Source: Camelus ferus (taxonomy: Eukaryota). From it: a stretch of DNA of 64,000 nucleotides. The translations under genes were made by a program, and so were the position numbers. Of this stretch, positions 1 through 14,800 are shown in pieces. Location: positions 52,950,001 through 53,014,000 of the forward strand of contig NC_045707.1 in assembly GCF_009834535.1 (NCBI RefSeq), read 5' to 3'. The notes beneath the pieces are model-generated. The model was given only the letters and a program-made list of their open reading frames with translations, was not told the origin of the DNA and made no database searches. How positions within the stretch are numbered: position 1 is the first letter of the stretch; every line of letters starts with the position of its first letter.

Positions 1-2752
1 GTGTTTTACACACATATACACGGACATACACACACACCCACACACTAAAAGGAGATTTTTGTATTTGAAAAGACAGCTGCAGAGATTCTGTCCTAATTTT
101 GTATCAGTTAACTATTAGCCCTTAGAATACTTTTTATACAGTTGCATTTCAGAATATTTAAATATCTGTTCCTTATTTCCTCCTTTGTATTCTCTCATTT
201 TGTCAAAACTACTTCTAAAGATGAGGGTGGAAAGTTTCTCTCTGTCAGCCAACTTGACCTTTCAAGTGATTAGTTTAATATTAAAGCATGTTACCCTGAT
301 CACTCAAATCTCAGAAAGTAAAGGTTTGGTAAAATTAAATGAGAATGAAATCTTTGGTTTCCAGTCCTAATGAGAAAATTACTTTGGGGAGTGATCAGAA
401 AATCTGTGCAGCAGTTACTCAGCAGTTGTAGAAAAATCATATACTGCAGCATAGAATGTGCTCTGCACCTCCGGAAAACGGAGAAGACGTTCTTGCTAAG
501 TTTCATCTCTTCATTGGAAAAGTACACTGGGGAAGATACGGCTTTGAATACAAGGTTTTCTGTTCGTAAAAATGTACAGCTTTTTACAAGTTTTGATTAT
601 TAAAATTTCTAGCAGTCATCTTTTAGTGCATTAAAATACATGTAAAGTTTTATTGCAAACCGGCATATTTGATTTTTAAAAAAGAGGAATAAAAACCTGT
701 ATTTCTCATGTCAAAATCTGAGATATATAGTGTTAAGTGAACTCACATGCTGCTTCCAAGCCCAAGACAAAGGTGACAATTGCATGTTAAGATGCTGAAG
801 TTTCTAGTACATGTCACTCTTGTTGAGTTCTCTTTGCTGGAATCAAATCTGTATTTCCTGGGAAGTAGCTGTCTATTTTGTACATCTAATCTTTAAGGTT
901 ATTTATAACTTTCAGATAATGCTCTCTATATATTTCCTAAAATTATTAATGTATTTTGGCTTCTGGTAATTCACCAAACTGAAATTTATATTCTAATACT
1001 ATGTAATGTGAAAAACCTAATTTTAAAACTAAAATTATTTTAACAAAAATAATATATGCACATGATTTAGAAATAGTACCAAAAACGAAATAACTCATTA
1101 TGATACTGAATAAAGTATGGAAATTATTTCTATATTTCTAAATAATATGCTGTGCTGCTATTCCTTGATTTATACATGTGAGATATTAGCTATTAACTTC
1201 CTGTTAGAGCAGATGAAAATTTAGTTGTCTTTCACAATGACTTCTACTTTCCAAATGGTCAAACTGATCAAATAATCATTTACATTTTCTCCTGGGCTCC
1301 TGCCTTCTAAAGCCTCTGTCCTGTGCTAATGTCGCCTGGTTGTTCTCTTGGTCTGTGGTTTTCCTGGAATTGGTCTTTTGCCTTGACCCTGTGGGTTTCT
1401 GTACTGCTTTCCTGTGCTGGCCCCCCTCTCGCTGGTCACATCACGTCCACTGTCTTGGTTGACCTCATTTCGGTAGAGCTTGTTCTTCTGTAGCTTCCTA
1501 AGAACGAATACGTAGGAGGAAAATTGTTGCCATCTTTTATATAAAAATGGCTTTATTCTACTCTCGTGTTTGAATAATAGCTATAACTTGATATAGAACT
1601 CTAAATTTTCTACGTCTGCTTTGTTTTAGTATTTTTGAACAACAAAGTTTTTCTTTGTTATTTCATGTAAGAAGTTTAGGGGCAGTTCTAGAGTTATAGT
1701 GGACTGATGTCTGTTTAGAATGTTAACGTTTTATCTAGATTTTAACGTTTAGGATTAACTTTATCTAAATTTGTAGTGAAATGGATCTTTGATTTTCCTG
1801 TCTGTAAAGTCCTTGGATACTGTCATCAAGTTATGCTGATTTTGTGGTATAACTCAGTAATTCTTGCTTTTTATTTCCTCTGGTGCAATTCCTATGTAAT
1901 TGGGATAGCCTGTTCTTTGAAAACTTAATAGAACTCACCTATAAAACTATTCCCCTTGTTTTTTTTGGTGGGCAGTTTTAAACCACTAGTTGGATTTTTA
2001 GGTAGTTATAGTATTGATGATATTTTTAAATTTTTTTGAGTTATATTTTTCTAGGAATTTTTATCCGTTTCATTTCAGTTTTCAGTATTATTGGCCAATA
2101 ATGGATTATAATATTCTTCTTAACTGTGTAGTCTCTATTTTATATATAGATAGGTTCCCCTTTTATTCATAATGTTGTTTGTGACATCTGTCTTCTCTTG
2201 GTCAGTCTTTCAAGAGATCTATTTTGTTAGCATATTGCCAAAGAACTGACTCTTGGCTTGTCGTCCTGTTTTCCACTTCATTAACTTCCTCCTCCTTGTT
2301 TCTGCAGAGAATAAACCTTCTCTAGGGAGGAGGGCCGTTGGTGGTTTCTTGCCCATTTTTCTAACCACTCCCTACTGAGACTGTCAATCAGTCCCACTTT
2401 TTGAACCCCTCATGCTATACCTCCCTCCACAGTATCTGGTGCTTCCAGTTTCTGAGCATTTAATTTTCTAATGAGTGTTTGCCAGCTTCTCATACATGCG
2501 TCCCTGTGCAAGTCCTTAGGCTATAGCCTTCCTTCTGTTTCTCACTCAGTCCCTCCACCTCCTCCACTTTGTTTTCCAAAGACATACTAAAATTTCTCAT
2601 GTCTTTTTTCCTTTTCTCTTTGTTCTTATGAATATACCTTTTTAAATATTCTTTCTCTGGCATGGTTTTGGAAAAGGTGAGGAGAGAATTATACATGTAG
2701 TTAATCCACTATTTTTAAACTCAGTTGAACAGATCATCCTGTTCCAACACAG

Positions 2753-2857
2753 GCATTGACTGAACGTCTGGATGCTGTTCTTTTGGAAAAAGCAGAGGCT
2801 GAGCAACAGTGTGTTTCTCTGAAGAAGGAAAATATTAAAATGAAGGAAGAGGTTGAG
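2753..2857 (+). CDS. GCC2: GCC2 exon (ALTERLDAVLLEKAEAEQQCVSLKKENIKMKEEVE)
   Basis: acag|GCA ... GAG|gtaagg; 105 nt, phase 0/0. Confidence 0.93.
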
Positions 2858-5800
2858 GTAAGGCACCATTTTAATTTTTTTATTTGTTTTTAGTTGACTT
2901 ATGTAATTAGTCATGAATTCTAGAACTGAGACCTTAAAAAGCATCTGATCTGATTTTAACAACTTATAGACAAGGAAACAGGTTGATATTTAAAAAGAAA
3001 AATAACTGAAATCACCCAGCTACGCAGAGATAGAGGTAACATCTATTTATTTGTTCCACTGTTTAATCTTCCTTTACCTGTAATATCAGTCTTTAATAAA
3101 AATAGAAAAAGGTATTTTATGAAGAATTGAAGTAAGTTGATTCTCACACACACCCTAAATACCATCATCTGTTTAGTTCTGGGATATTCAGTTTTGCCCA
3201 TTGGGTCTGGGCTAATGTTCTCCCAGAAGATTTATTAATCCATTCAGGAGATACTCATTAAAGCTTTGTGACTTAATACAACTTACATAATTTACTACCA
3301 TTTGAAAGAAAATTAAATTCAGAGATTTCCTAGCTTTTAGTTATTGCTTTCAGTAACACATTTTGTACTGCTGAAATATATCATCATACTTAAGGTCATC
3401 AGAGCCTAAGCAGAATTACTGGAATCGTAGTATCGTGTTTCTGTATGGACATTTCTGCCCACTTCCTCTTCTGTGAGCCTGTGGCTGGTATTTTACCTGA
3501 AGAGAGGGGTTTCTTTTGTCTTAGTCAATTGTTGTGCTCATTTTTATAGAACTCTGTAACTAAGTTGGAAGATGTGCACAAGGACTTTGAACAATCACAA
3601 AGCAACTATGTGAAAGAAGTGGAAAATTTGAAAAATGAGTTAATGGCAGTACATTCCAAATACAGTGAAGATAAAGCTAGTTGGCAAACAGAACTGGAAG
3701 GAGCAGTGAAAAAACAATTAGAGCTTTCAGAACAACTTAAATTTCAGACTGACTCTGAAGATAATGTTAAAAAACTCCAAGAAGAGATTCAGAAAATTAA
3801 GCCAGCCTTTGAAGAGCAAATTTTATGTCTGCAAAAGCAGTTAGAAGCTGCCACAAATGAAAAGGAGCAAGAAATTACTTATCTCAAAGGAGTCATTGAG
3901 GCTAATTCTCAGCAGTACCAAAAAGACATTAATAGTTTACAAGAAGAACTTTTACGGTTGAAATGTACACACCAAGAAGAGGTGAAAGAATTGATGTGCC
4001 AGATTGAAGCATCCGCTAAAGAACGTGAAGCAGGAGTAAATAATTTAAACCAGCTGAAGGAGAACTTAGTCAAACAGTGTGAGGCAGGTGAGAAGAACAT
4101 TCAGGAGAAATATGAATGTGAATTAGAAAACATTGGGAAGGCCTCAGATGCAAACCAAGTAACTCAGATGTGTTCTTTGCTCTTACAAGAGGATAGTTTT
4201 GTAGAACAAGAAGTAAATGAAAAAGTCAAGCACTTAGAAGATGCCTTAAGAGAACTGGAATCTCAACACAGTATCTTAAAAGATGAGGTAACTTACATGA
4301 ATAATCTTAAATTGAAACTTGAAATTGATGCCCAGCATATAAAGGATGAGTTTTTTCACGAACGGGAAGATTTAGAGTTTAAAATTAATGAATTGTTATT
4401 AGCTAAAGAAGAACAGGGGTGTGTAATCGAAAAATTAAAATCTGAGCTAGAAGATTCAAATAAGCGGTTTTGCTGTGCCATAGAACAACATAACAAAGAA
4501 GTACAGAGTCTTCAGGAGCAGCATCAAAAAGAAATCTCAGAACTCAATGAGACACTTCTGTCAGGTTCTGAAAAAGAAAAATTAACACTAATGTTCGAAA
4601 TACAGGGTCTTAAAGAGCAGTATGAAAACCTACAACAAGAAAAGCAAGAAGCAATTTTAAATTATGAGAGTTTACGAGAAATTATGGAAATTTTACAAAC
4701 AGAATTAGGGGAGTCCGCTGGAAAAATAAGTCAAGAGTTCGAATCAATGAAGCAACAGCAAGCATCTGATGTTAATGAACTTCAGCAGAAGCTGAGGACT
4801 GCATTTAATGAAAAAGATGCTCTTCTTGAAACTGTGAATCATCTCCAGAGAGAAAATGAAAAGTTGATATCACAACAAGAATCTGTACTAGAACTTGAAA
4901 ATACCATAAAGAACCTTCAAGAAAAGAATGAAATGTGTTTAGTTAGTCTCAATCAGAGAGATACCATGTTGCAAGAATGTGAAACAAAGATAAATTATCT
5001 TTCTGAGGAAAAAGATGATTTCATAAATAAAATTAGAAGTTCTCATGAAGAGGTGGATAATCTCCATAAAGAATGCGAAAGAAAAGAAAGATTGATTATA
5101 GAACTTCGGGGAGAAGTGGAGCAAACTACCCAGTACAACGCTGAACTAGAACAAAAGGTAAATGAATTAACAGGAGGACTAGAAGAAACATTGAAAGAAA
5201 AGGATCAAAATAATGAAAAACTAGAAAAGCTTGTGGCTCAATTGAAAAGTCTCTCTGAAGACCAGGAAGCAATGTCATCTGAAGTGAAGTCTCTTTATGA
5301 GGAAAATAGTAGACTGAGTTCAGAAAAGAACCAGTTGAGCAGGGATTTGGAAGCTCTCCTGTCTCAAAGAGAAGGAGATTTTATGCTTAAGGAACAGATT
5401 TCTGAATTAGAAAAGAAACTTCACTTAACAGTTGAAGAAAGAGATAATTTCAATAAACTGTTGGAAAATGAGCAAGTTCAGAAGTTATTTGTCAAAACTC
5501 AGTTGTATGGTTTTCTTAAACAAATGGAGCCAAAAGTTTCAGAAGAAAGTGAAGAGCAAGATATTGTAAATGTCCTACAAGCTGTCAGTGAATCCTTAGC
5601 TAAAATAAGTGAAGAAAAACACAACCTGGTTTTTCAGAGTGATAAAAAGGTAGTAGACTTAGAAAAAGAGATTAAGTCACTTCAAGAAGAGAATGTAATT
5701 CAATGTGAGGAACTTAGGTCTTTACTAAGAGACTCTGAGCAGGAAAAAATTACCTTAAGGAAAGAGTTAGAAGAAACCCTCTCAGAAAAAGAGGCCCTGC

Positions 5801-8800
5801 AGTCTGATCTTCTAGAAATGAAGAATGCTAATGAACAGACAAGGCTTGAAAACCAGAATCTCTTAATTCAAGTTGAAGAAGCATCTCAAAAATTATGTAG
5901 CAAAAATGAAAAACATAATGAAAAAGAAAAATCTTTTGTAGAGGACCTTGAAAACCTAAGGCTGTTACTGGAACAAAGAGAATCTGAATTGCAAGATGTG
6001 AGAGCAGAGTTGACATCATTAAAGGTACGTTTAATTTGAATTTTGTTGATATAAATAAATTCTTAGTTCTAATTAGAGACTAGAAAATATGTATTACTAT
6101 TTTGACACTCTGAAGTCAGAAGTAAATTTTTAGCATTTAAGCTCAAATGCAAATTCCTGAAAAGTACATTCAGCGTTTTCATGTCATACTTATCAATCAC
6201 TTTTTGGTTTTAGATCACTTTAGAATCTTAATCTTACATAAGATTAAATGATTAGGGGGTTAAATGTCTTGGTCAAAATTATATAACTAATCACCAGCAA
6301 AACTACAACTAAACATGGAAAAAAAATCTAAATTTCTTCTTTGTGTGATGCACATATTACCTTTAAAAGCACTGTTGAGTAAAAAAAAAGTAGACTAAAG
6401 TGGTATTTAACTTTAGCCAAAAATTTAGGTTTTTCTCCCAAAATTGAGTACGATAAACTATAATCATCATTTAATCTTTTCCTTGTTACATTATGTATTT
6501 GGTATATGTTGGGTTCTCATCTTCACCTTGGATACTACTGTTTTCTTATAGTAAATGTGACATTCATGATGAGGTCAGAGTTACCTGGTCTATCAAGGGA
6601 AGAGACTGTTCACCAAATTGCTTTTTTGTATGAATTCTCTTTGATGATGATTTTTTCGTGCTTAACATGATGGCCAGTACATCATGGGGAATGCAGTGAT
6701 TGTCTTTGTTTTTCCTATAAAATCTAGGATTCCTTAGAGAAATCACCTTCTGTAGAAAGTGATCAACCTTCAGTAAAAGAGTTTGAAGAAAAAATAGGTA
6801 ACTATGGTTTTGCGTTTGTTGTCACGATTAATTACACCAATCCTTCTTAGTGTTGGAGTAGGTCGGGACACGTCACAGTCAGTTAACGAGTTGTTACAGA
6901 CATGATGCATAGCTCTCCCTTCTTAACGCCCCATCCTTGCCCCTCTGCCATCTGTTTGCCTGCCCTCTCAAGACTCTCACTTTCTACTGTTTAATCCAAA
7001 CAAAGGACTAACGTGATTACATTCCTAAATGGTTCCATGATTGTTTTTGGATTTTTCATTCATTTAGGAAACTTTGTTTGAATGCCCAACTGTCTAGTCA
7101 CTGGTAACAAAAAGGTGAGTGAGATACAGACTGTGTCTTCAGAGAACTCACTCTAAGAAAGGGCTGTTATTACAGCACTTTGGGGTGTGGACAAGGTAGT
7201 GGTGGCAGTGCAGGAAGGCATGATGAACTGCTTGTTTTGAGTTAGGAAAAACATTATGGAATAGGCTATACTTCTGTTGTGTGTGAAGAATGAGAAATTT
7301 AACAGAAGAAGAAAGGTACCAATAGGGAACAGCAGGTGCTTGTATGTTAATATGTAATACGAAGGAGCATACTCGGAGGTTCTGGAGACACAGGAGGCTG
7401 ACCGTAAGAGCACTGGAGTGAGATGCGGAGGAGCTGGGACTTCACCACATCCATTTATTCCTCAGAATAACAGCAGGAGCTCTTTGATTCCCATTTTAAG
7501 ATGGAGAAACAAACTTACAAGTGTCGTGTAACATACCCGGAATTCCTCAGCTTAATGCGCAATTAGATTGATGGTAGAGACAGGGAGAAGTGGTTGAAAG
7601 AATTTAGAACGACTCACAGTTTTCTGAAGTGGGTGATGGGGGAAAGCCAGGGGAAATTAGGAGTTCAGTTTTAGACAAATCAAGTTTAATTACCACCCAA
7701 CTGGGGATGAGTGGACTGCTGTGTACGCACATCTGGGGTTCAGGGCAGAGAGCTGGACCAGATGAAAATTTGTGGTGAACATAGTTGGCTTTAAAAGCCA
7801 TGAGATTGAGATCACCAAGGAACTGAGTGCAGGGAAAAAGGACCAATTAAAAATCAGAAAGATAGAAATGGCAAAGGAGACTGAGAAGGAATAGCCAGTG
7901 AGGTAGAAAAACGCAGAGCTCCAGATGTGCTGGAAGCTAAGACACGAAGTGCAAGTGAAGGCAGTGTTTCAGGAGGGAGAAGACGTGTTCCCACCGTGAA
8001 TACTGTGGGAGGTAATGTCAGTCCTCGGACTCGACCACGGAGTTTGACTCTGGTAAATGCTGTGGTTGGTGAGGTAACAGTCCTCAGAGCTGACCGCCAC
8101 GCTAAGCAACACAGAGGTGATTGGTGACTTGATAACAGTCATGATGCGCTGAAGCCAGTGCCTGTGAAGGCAGTTGGGGAAACTGGGGGAAGAGAAAAAG
8201 AAAGGGAGCCCGTGTGGCTCTTACAAGGAGTTTTGCTGTAAAGGAAGAGGGGCTGGGCCAGTATTCGGGGCAGGTGTGCTGTTCTGCCTCTGTGTGTGAT
8301 GTGTCACCTGTCTTATTGTGACCTCGCCCCTCCCCTCTTTGGCTGCTTCCACTCTTTGTTTCTGACCTTAATCTCTTGATGATATTTTTTCTGGTTGCAT
8401 GTTTATAAACTGCTGGGGAAAAAAAAACCCATCGGAGAGGGGGGTTTGCTGCATACAAGGGGGCGGGGGCGTCGTGACGCTGATGCCCGAGTAGGTGAGA
8501 AGGTATGAGCTGAAATGCAGAAGTGGAGCGGCTGACCTGTGCCACACACACAGGCGGTTCCCTGGTAGCAGCAAGAGGAGGGCAGCGTGAACCAGCATGG
8601 ACCATCTGGTTAGTGAGCAGGGACAGAATTTCAGGTGGTAACTGAAGTTAAGCAAAGATACCAAGAAGTAAGGCCTGGAAAGCTGGAGTTTAAGTAGGGG
8701 GACGGCTGAAGAAGTTAAGGGGCAATCAAAACCGGACACGTAAAACACATGCAAGTTCAGTTGTGAAAACCAGACCCACCAGCTGAGACTGTACCTGTGG

Positions 8801-11800
8801 GTCGTAAACGTTTAACTGCCTCCGACACCTCTGCTTGACCTGACTTGCAGGTTACCACCTAAAATCCTGGCATACTTGCGTTTCCAGAAAATCTTCCAAT
8901 GATAAAGGATTCCTAACAGCCTCTCCAGGTCACAGACACCTGTGAAATGGCTGTAAACAGTAGAACTGTTGGAAGATTGAAGAAAATGAAACTTTTTTAC
9001 ATTGTTTGCATCACTTAGATAATGAATTAGGCTTTTAATGTCAAATTGCAGATTTTATGTTCCAGATTAAAGGCCTACTGCTAGGGCTAAAATAAGTAAA
9101 TAATTTGAACATTTTTCCCTATTTTTCTTCTGAGTTTATATATAATTCTTTCATTTTATGTTTTTAGGATATCTGGAAAAAGAATCCAAAGAGAAAGAGG
9201 AGAAGATAAATAAGTTAAAACTAGTTGCTGTGAAGGCAAAGAAAGAACTAGATTCTAGCAGAAAAGAGGTAAGGTGACTTAAACTTGCAAGATTTAAGAG
9301 CCTTACATTTTAGAAAAATCAAGTTTTTCTATATATAAAAAAACTATTGTGTATTTAAAACAGGCCCAGACTCTACGGGAAGAACTTGAATCTATTCACT
9401 CTGAAAGGGATCAGTTGTCTGCTTCCATGCGAGATCTCATTCAAGGAGCAGAAAGCTATAAGGTAAAAATAGTCATTTTAATACCAAGTTACATTTGCAA
9501 CTTCTAAGTTAAGAATGTACTAGAAATGTAAACTCTTGTCTGTAACATAATTGCCTTGTATTTTTCAGTAAGTCTTTTTTTCTATTTTTTAATGTAATGT
9601 GAGGTCCTCCTAGTATCAAGAGTTTAAGTGGCTGAACTTTAAGCTGTTGTTTTTTAAAACTAAATTTCTGTTTTGGGATCTCCTAATAAAATCAGTAACA
9701 AAAAAGGTGGCTATTGTTACTGTTATTATTTAATATTCTTCTAGTCAGGTGAGTAAATGTGAACGTGAAACAGCATGGCGGGGGAGGGATACAGTCAGTG
9801 GCGGAGCACGCGCCTGGCATGCATCACGTCCTGGGTTCCATCTCCAGTGCCTCTGTTATGAGGGAAGAAATGAGATAAACATGTCTAACAAGAAAGTGAA
9901 AGCATTATTTGGAGGTAATATGCTTGTCTATCTGAATAACATGAGGCTCTATTGTAAAAATAAAAATTTATAAGAATTAAAAATAAGAGAATGCCATTAT
10001 ATTTCTTTATGTGTTCTTTCAACAAATATTTGTACAGCCAGGCTGAGTACCAAGTACTGGGGAGATGGTCAATCAAACAGACGAAGTTCCTGCCCCCTGA
10101 GGACTTAAATTCCAGTGACATTAACAGAAAGCAGACAAAAATACAGATGCAAACTATGTAGAAAAGTAAAGGTGGGCCAGGAGAGTGAGCAGTAGTCAAG
10201 TGGGATTTGATGAAAAGAAGGAAATACCAAAGTAGCCAAAAAAGGCAATTTCAGGAAGAACTTTAATGAGAGATTTGGGCACTTACGAAGAAAACTGAAA
10301 AACATTTATAGGACAACTGAGCATTGTTTGAATTGTTAGATCTCAGGTTAACAAGTCCTGAAACAATTTCACTAAAAATTCTAGGAGGTTTTTAGTGGGA
10401 CAGTCTTGCCAATTATTCTAAGTTTCAAATGGAAAGCTAGCAAGAATAGCTAACTTTTTTTCAGATTGTGTTAATGGAGGCACTGGGGATTGAACCCAGG
10501 ACCTCATGCAAACTAAGCATGCACTCCACCACCGAGCTATTACCCTCCCCCCAAGAATAGCTAGTGTTTTTTTTTTTAAGAGAAAAGTGACATCTTTCTC
10601 TAGCACACACTAAAATTTATTATAAAACTACAATAATGTGATACAGTTCTGATGCAAAAATAAGAGAGGTTAATTTAACAGCAGACACAGGGACTTCTGT
10701 GTAACAACAAGCACTATAGGCCAGGACTCTTCTAAGCACCTTGCATATCTCATCACATTTAATTCTCAAAACAACCCCAAGAAGTAGGTTATTAACATTG
10801 CTGACTTGCCAGTGAGGAATCTGAGGCATAGTGGTCACAGAGCAGGTAGCACAGTAGGGCTGGGACTGGATTTGAGCAGTCTGGTTCCAAATCTGTTCTT
10901 TCACCAGCTAAACTGTCCTATCCCAGTAAGATTTGAAAACAGAGACCAGTGAAGAAGGAATCAGAAAACTACTTTAGTAAAATCTAGTTAGACTTTTATT
11001 TAATTCCACACACCAAAATAAATTCCGGATGAATCGAAGAGTTTTGTCAAAAATGAAAGTGATTTTTAAAAACCTAGAATAAAATACCGGATCATTTGAT
11101 TTCTGGATACAAAATACTTTTGTAAATACCAAATACTTTTTCTGAAGCAATTAAAGAATTTACAAAAGAAAAGATACACAGATGGCAAGTTAGCACTAGA
11201 AAGTTACTCCACGTCATATGTCATCAGGAAAATGCAAATCAAAACAACAGTGAGGTACCACTGCACACCCAGTAGAATGGCCAGAATCCAGAACACTGAC
11301 ATCACCAGATGCTGGTGAGGATGTGGAGCAACGGGAACTCTCATCGCTGCTGGCGGGAAGGCAGAACGGTGCAGCCGCTTTGGAAGAAGTGTGGCAGTTT
11401 ATTACAAAACTAAACATACGCTTATCATGTGATCCAGCAGCTGTGCTCTTGAGTATTTACCCAAAGGAATTGAAAAGCTATATCTATGCAGAAACCTGCA
11501 CACAGATGTTTGTAGCACCTTTGTTCGTAATTGCCAAAACCTGGGGACAACAAAAATGTCCTTCAGTAAGTGAATTACAGGTAAACTGGTACTTACAGAC
11601 AGTGGCATATTCTGTGCTAAAAAGAAATGAGCTGTCAAGCCGTGGATGGAACTTAAATGCAGGCTACTACTAAGTGGAAGAAAGAAGCCAGTCTGAAATA
11701 CCTACATAATGTATGATTCCAGCGATAGGACGTTCTGGAGAAGGCAAAACTATGGAGGCAGGGGAAAAAAAAAAAAACAGTGGTTCCCAGGGGTCGTGGG

Positions 11801-14800
11801 GAGGAAGGGGGAGGACTAGGTGGCGTGCAGGACTTTCAGGGCGGTAAGGCTGTGTGACCCTCTGAAATGTGGGTGTGCACCGTTGTACACGTGCCCAACC
11901 CACAGGATGGACAGCATCAGGAGCGACCTTAGTAATGCTGACTCTGGGCTGGATGATGAGCCATGTCAGTGTGGGTTCATCAGTTTGACAAGTGTGCCCT
12001 CTGGAGGGGGACGTTGGTGCTGGGGGAGGCCCTGCACTTGGGGGTGGGGGTAACGGAGTCTCTGTGCCCTCCCCTCAGTTTTGGTGGGAACCAAAAACTT
12101 CTCTAAAAAGTACAGTCTATTAAAACATTTTTGAATCCATTTTATAGTTGTATTTCATTTGTGATGAAGTAGCAGCCTGTAAGGTGGAGTGAGCTGTTGC
12201 TGTGGTCAGGAATGGGAATCACTGTTTATAAAAACAGACAGCTGAGCTCCCTTAGGGTCCTCGGGGGCATCACTCTTGAGATGCTGAGTAATTTTGTAGG
12301 TTCCTTGTAAGTTTGCAATGTTGGTGTTACGTGTAATAATTTTAAGATCTGAACATGCAGCCATTTTGAAGGGACAATAATTTGTAATGGTTTATTTGCT
12401 CAGAGGCATCAGCATACCCATCAAGGAAATTAGACCATGGCATGCATGGCCCTCATTTTTTTCCAAGACTCCCTTTAGGAACATTGTGTGATTGTGCTCA
12501 AAATTTCCTGTAGGGAGCCATTATTTACTAGAGTCAGCCTTGGTATAGCAGTATAGTTTTTTATCAACATTAGAACCATAATGAGTGAAAACAAAGAAGA
12601 CTGAACACAAATGGTTTTTCAACCCCATGTTCACATGTGCCAAGAAGTGACAGACTCCTCGGGGACAAATACGTCAGCCACATTCTCAGTTCCTATCCCT
12701 GTCTCCTGCCAATCACCAAATGAGCAGACCGTAAGGTCAGACTCAGATTCTGACACTCAGCCACGAGCATGGACAGTAATTGATGGAGTGTAAGTCAGAG
12801 TTAGAAATGGAATTAGACGGCTGAGAATCAGATGGGCAAGCAAGAGCCGGAGAGAAGGTATGATTGCCACGCACATGACCGGGCGGGTGGACCAAGGACC
12901 ACAGAGGCCTGGATCTGGACGAGAGACAGAAAACAGTCTGTTAGCTCTTTTGTGCACAGATTAGTTTCTGTGAAGGAGGACCGTCAGTAGTTGTCCAGGA
13001 ACAAGGCAAAAACGAGGCAAGCTAGAAATGGCGAGTCTCATTACGTATTTGGAGGGTACCCCAGATGGCTGATGTGAAGTACAGAAGTTGGTCTGGGCGT
13101 TCTGTCCCTGAGTGGGGGCCAAGAAGGAACAAAAGAAAGAAAAGAAAAATTCAGTTGGTTTTAGAGTCCAGAAAATACTGAACGTTTTCCCCCAAAGGGT
13201 GAGAGACTGAGCAATGTCTTCCCTGTTCTTCCGTCAGCACCTCTGCCTTACACCAGGCCAGGCCTGAGACAGCCCCTCGTCAGAATTCTTGAAGTGGAAT
13301 TGACAGGTGACCAGGTTAAGCTTTTTCTCCTCCCACCTTAAATGGTGTTCTCGTTGGAGAAGTTTATTTTTGATGATGAGAATATTTAACTTGGTGATAC
13401 AATATTGCACACATTTAAAGTCCTCTTCAGTAGATCCTTTCCCCCCACCCCCATACTAAAAGTCTTCTGAATAATGCTGATTTTATTATATAATGCCATT
13501 GGGTATTCTGCCAAATGTTGAGCCTAGGTAAATGTTTTAAGCTTCCAGAATGAACTCATAAATCTTATATTAAGATGACTCAATAATAAAGTGTGGCTGG
13601 TCGAATGTGTGATAATATCCTACAGTTAAATCCTGTTGTCTTTTATTGAAGAATCTTTTAATAGAATATGACAAGCAGTCCGAGCAGTTGGATATAGAAA
13701 AAGAACGTGCTAGTAATTCTGAGCATCGTGTGGAAGACCTTACAAAACAGCTAAGGAATCTGACTTTTCAGGTAACTTTAAATTGAGTAAATACATACAT
13801 GAAAATTGTAATAAGGATTTTTCAATTCCAACCTTTTTTGCATAAAAAATTTAAATTAATACATAGAAAAATTTATTTTCCTTTTCCCAGTGTTGGGAGA
13901 AGAATATGACAAAAAAGCTAGCAACCACCCTGTCTTTCTACTGCTCTAATCTCAGTTCCTCTGGGATTTTTTTGTTTTTGTTTTCTTTTTTTTCATTTTG
14001 CCTTTTCCTCTGTCAGTGCTCCTGGTCTCTCATGTTTGCCAAGTTAACATCAACCATGATTGTGTTTTAAACTTACTTGTGGTTTTACATTTTCATTCTG
14101 TGGAATTGACTTTGAAATCTTCATTTTTTTACGCTATGCCAGCATTCTTATTAATGTTCCATTTCATTCTTCCTCTCCTGTATATATTTCCTTCATGTTT
14201 ACAATCATGAGTCGTTTGTCGTTCTAGTGTGAAAAATTAAACTCTGATAATGAAGACCTGCAGGCGCGTGTTGAGACGCTGCAATCTAACTCCCGGTTGT
14301 TGGAAGTGCAGATTTTGGAAGTCCAGAAAGCCAAAGCAATAGCAGACAAAGAGCTGGAAGCTGAAAAACTTCAGAAAGAACAGAAAATAAAGGTATAAAC
14401 AGTTCCGTGGGATTAATTCATGTCCTGTAGTGATATTTTTATCCAAGCACTCAAGTCAGGGAAAGGCTGGTGCATAGCCTTGGTTCGTGCCGCAGAGCTC
14501 ATCAGCCCCTGCTGTGTGCTGGCTCTGAATCTGAGCGTCCAGGCCAGGATCTCTGGGGGTGTATTTTTAAAATTTGGAATGATTTCCAACTTTCTGTATT
14601 TTCGTGTATCAGATTTATTTTATAACTCCATAACAATTACCTTTTTTTAATGTTGGTTGGCTTGGGGTGGGGGGCGTTTTTATTTTAATTTTAGGAGCAT
14701 GCCAATTCTGTGAATGAACTTGGAGAACTTCAGCTACAGCTTCAAAAGGAGAAGAAACAGCTTCAGAAAACCATGCAAGAATTAGAGCTGGTTCGAAAGG

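Noticed and set aside
3565..6039. Stand-alone intronless 824-aa coiled-coil gene
   Set aside because: The ORF starts at a TTG and is bounded by splice sites at 3550 and 6024; it is an internal GCC2 exon.
11323..11673. Novel 116-aa protein (similarly 43782..44009, 48344..48748 and 59492..59677)
   Set aside because: These translate as decayed LINE-1 ORF2 fragments.
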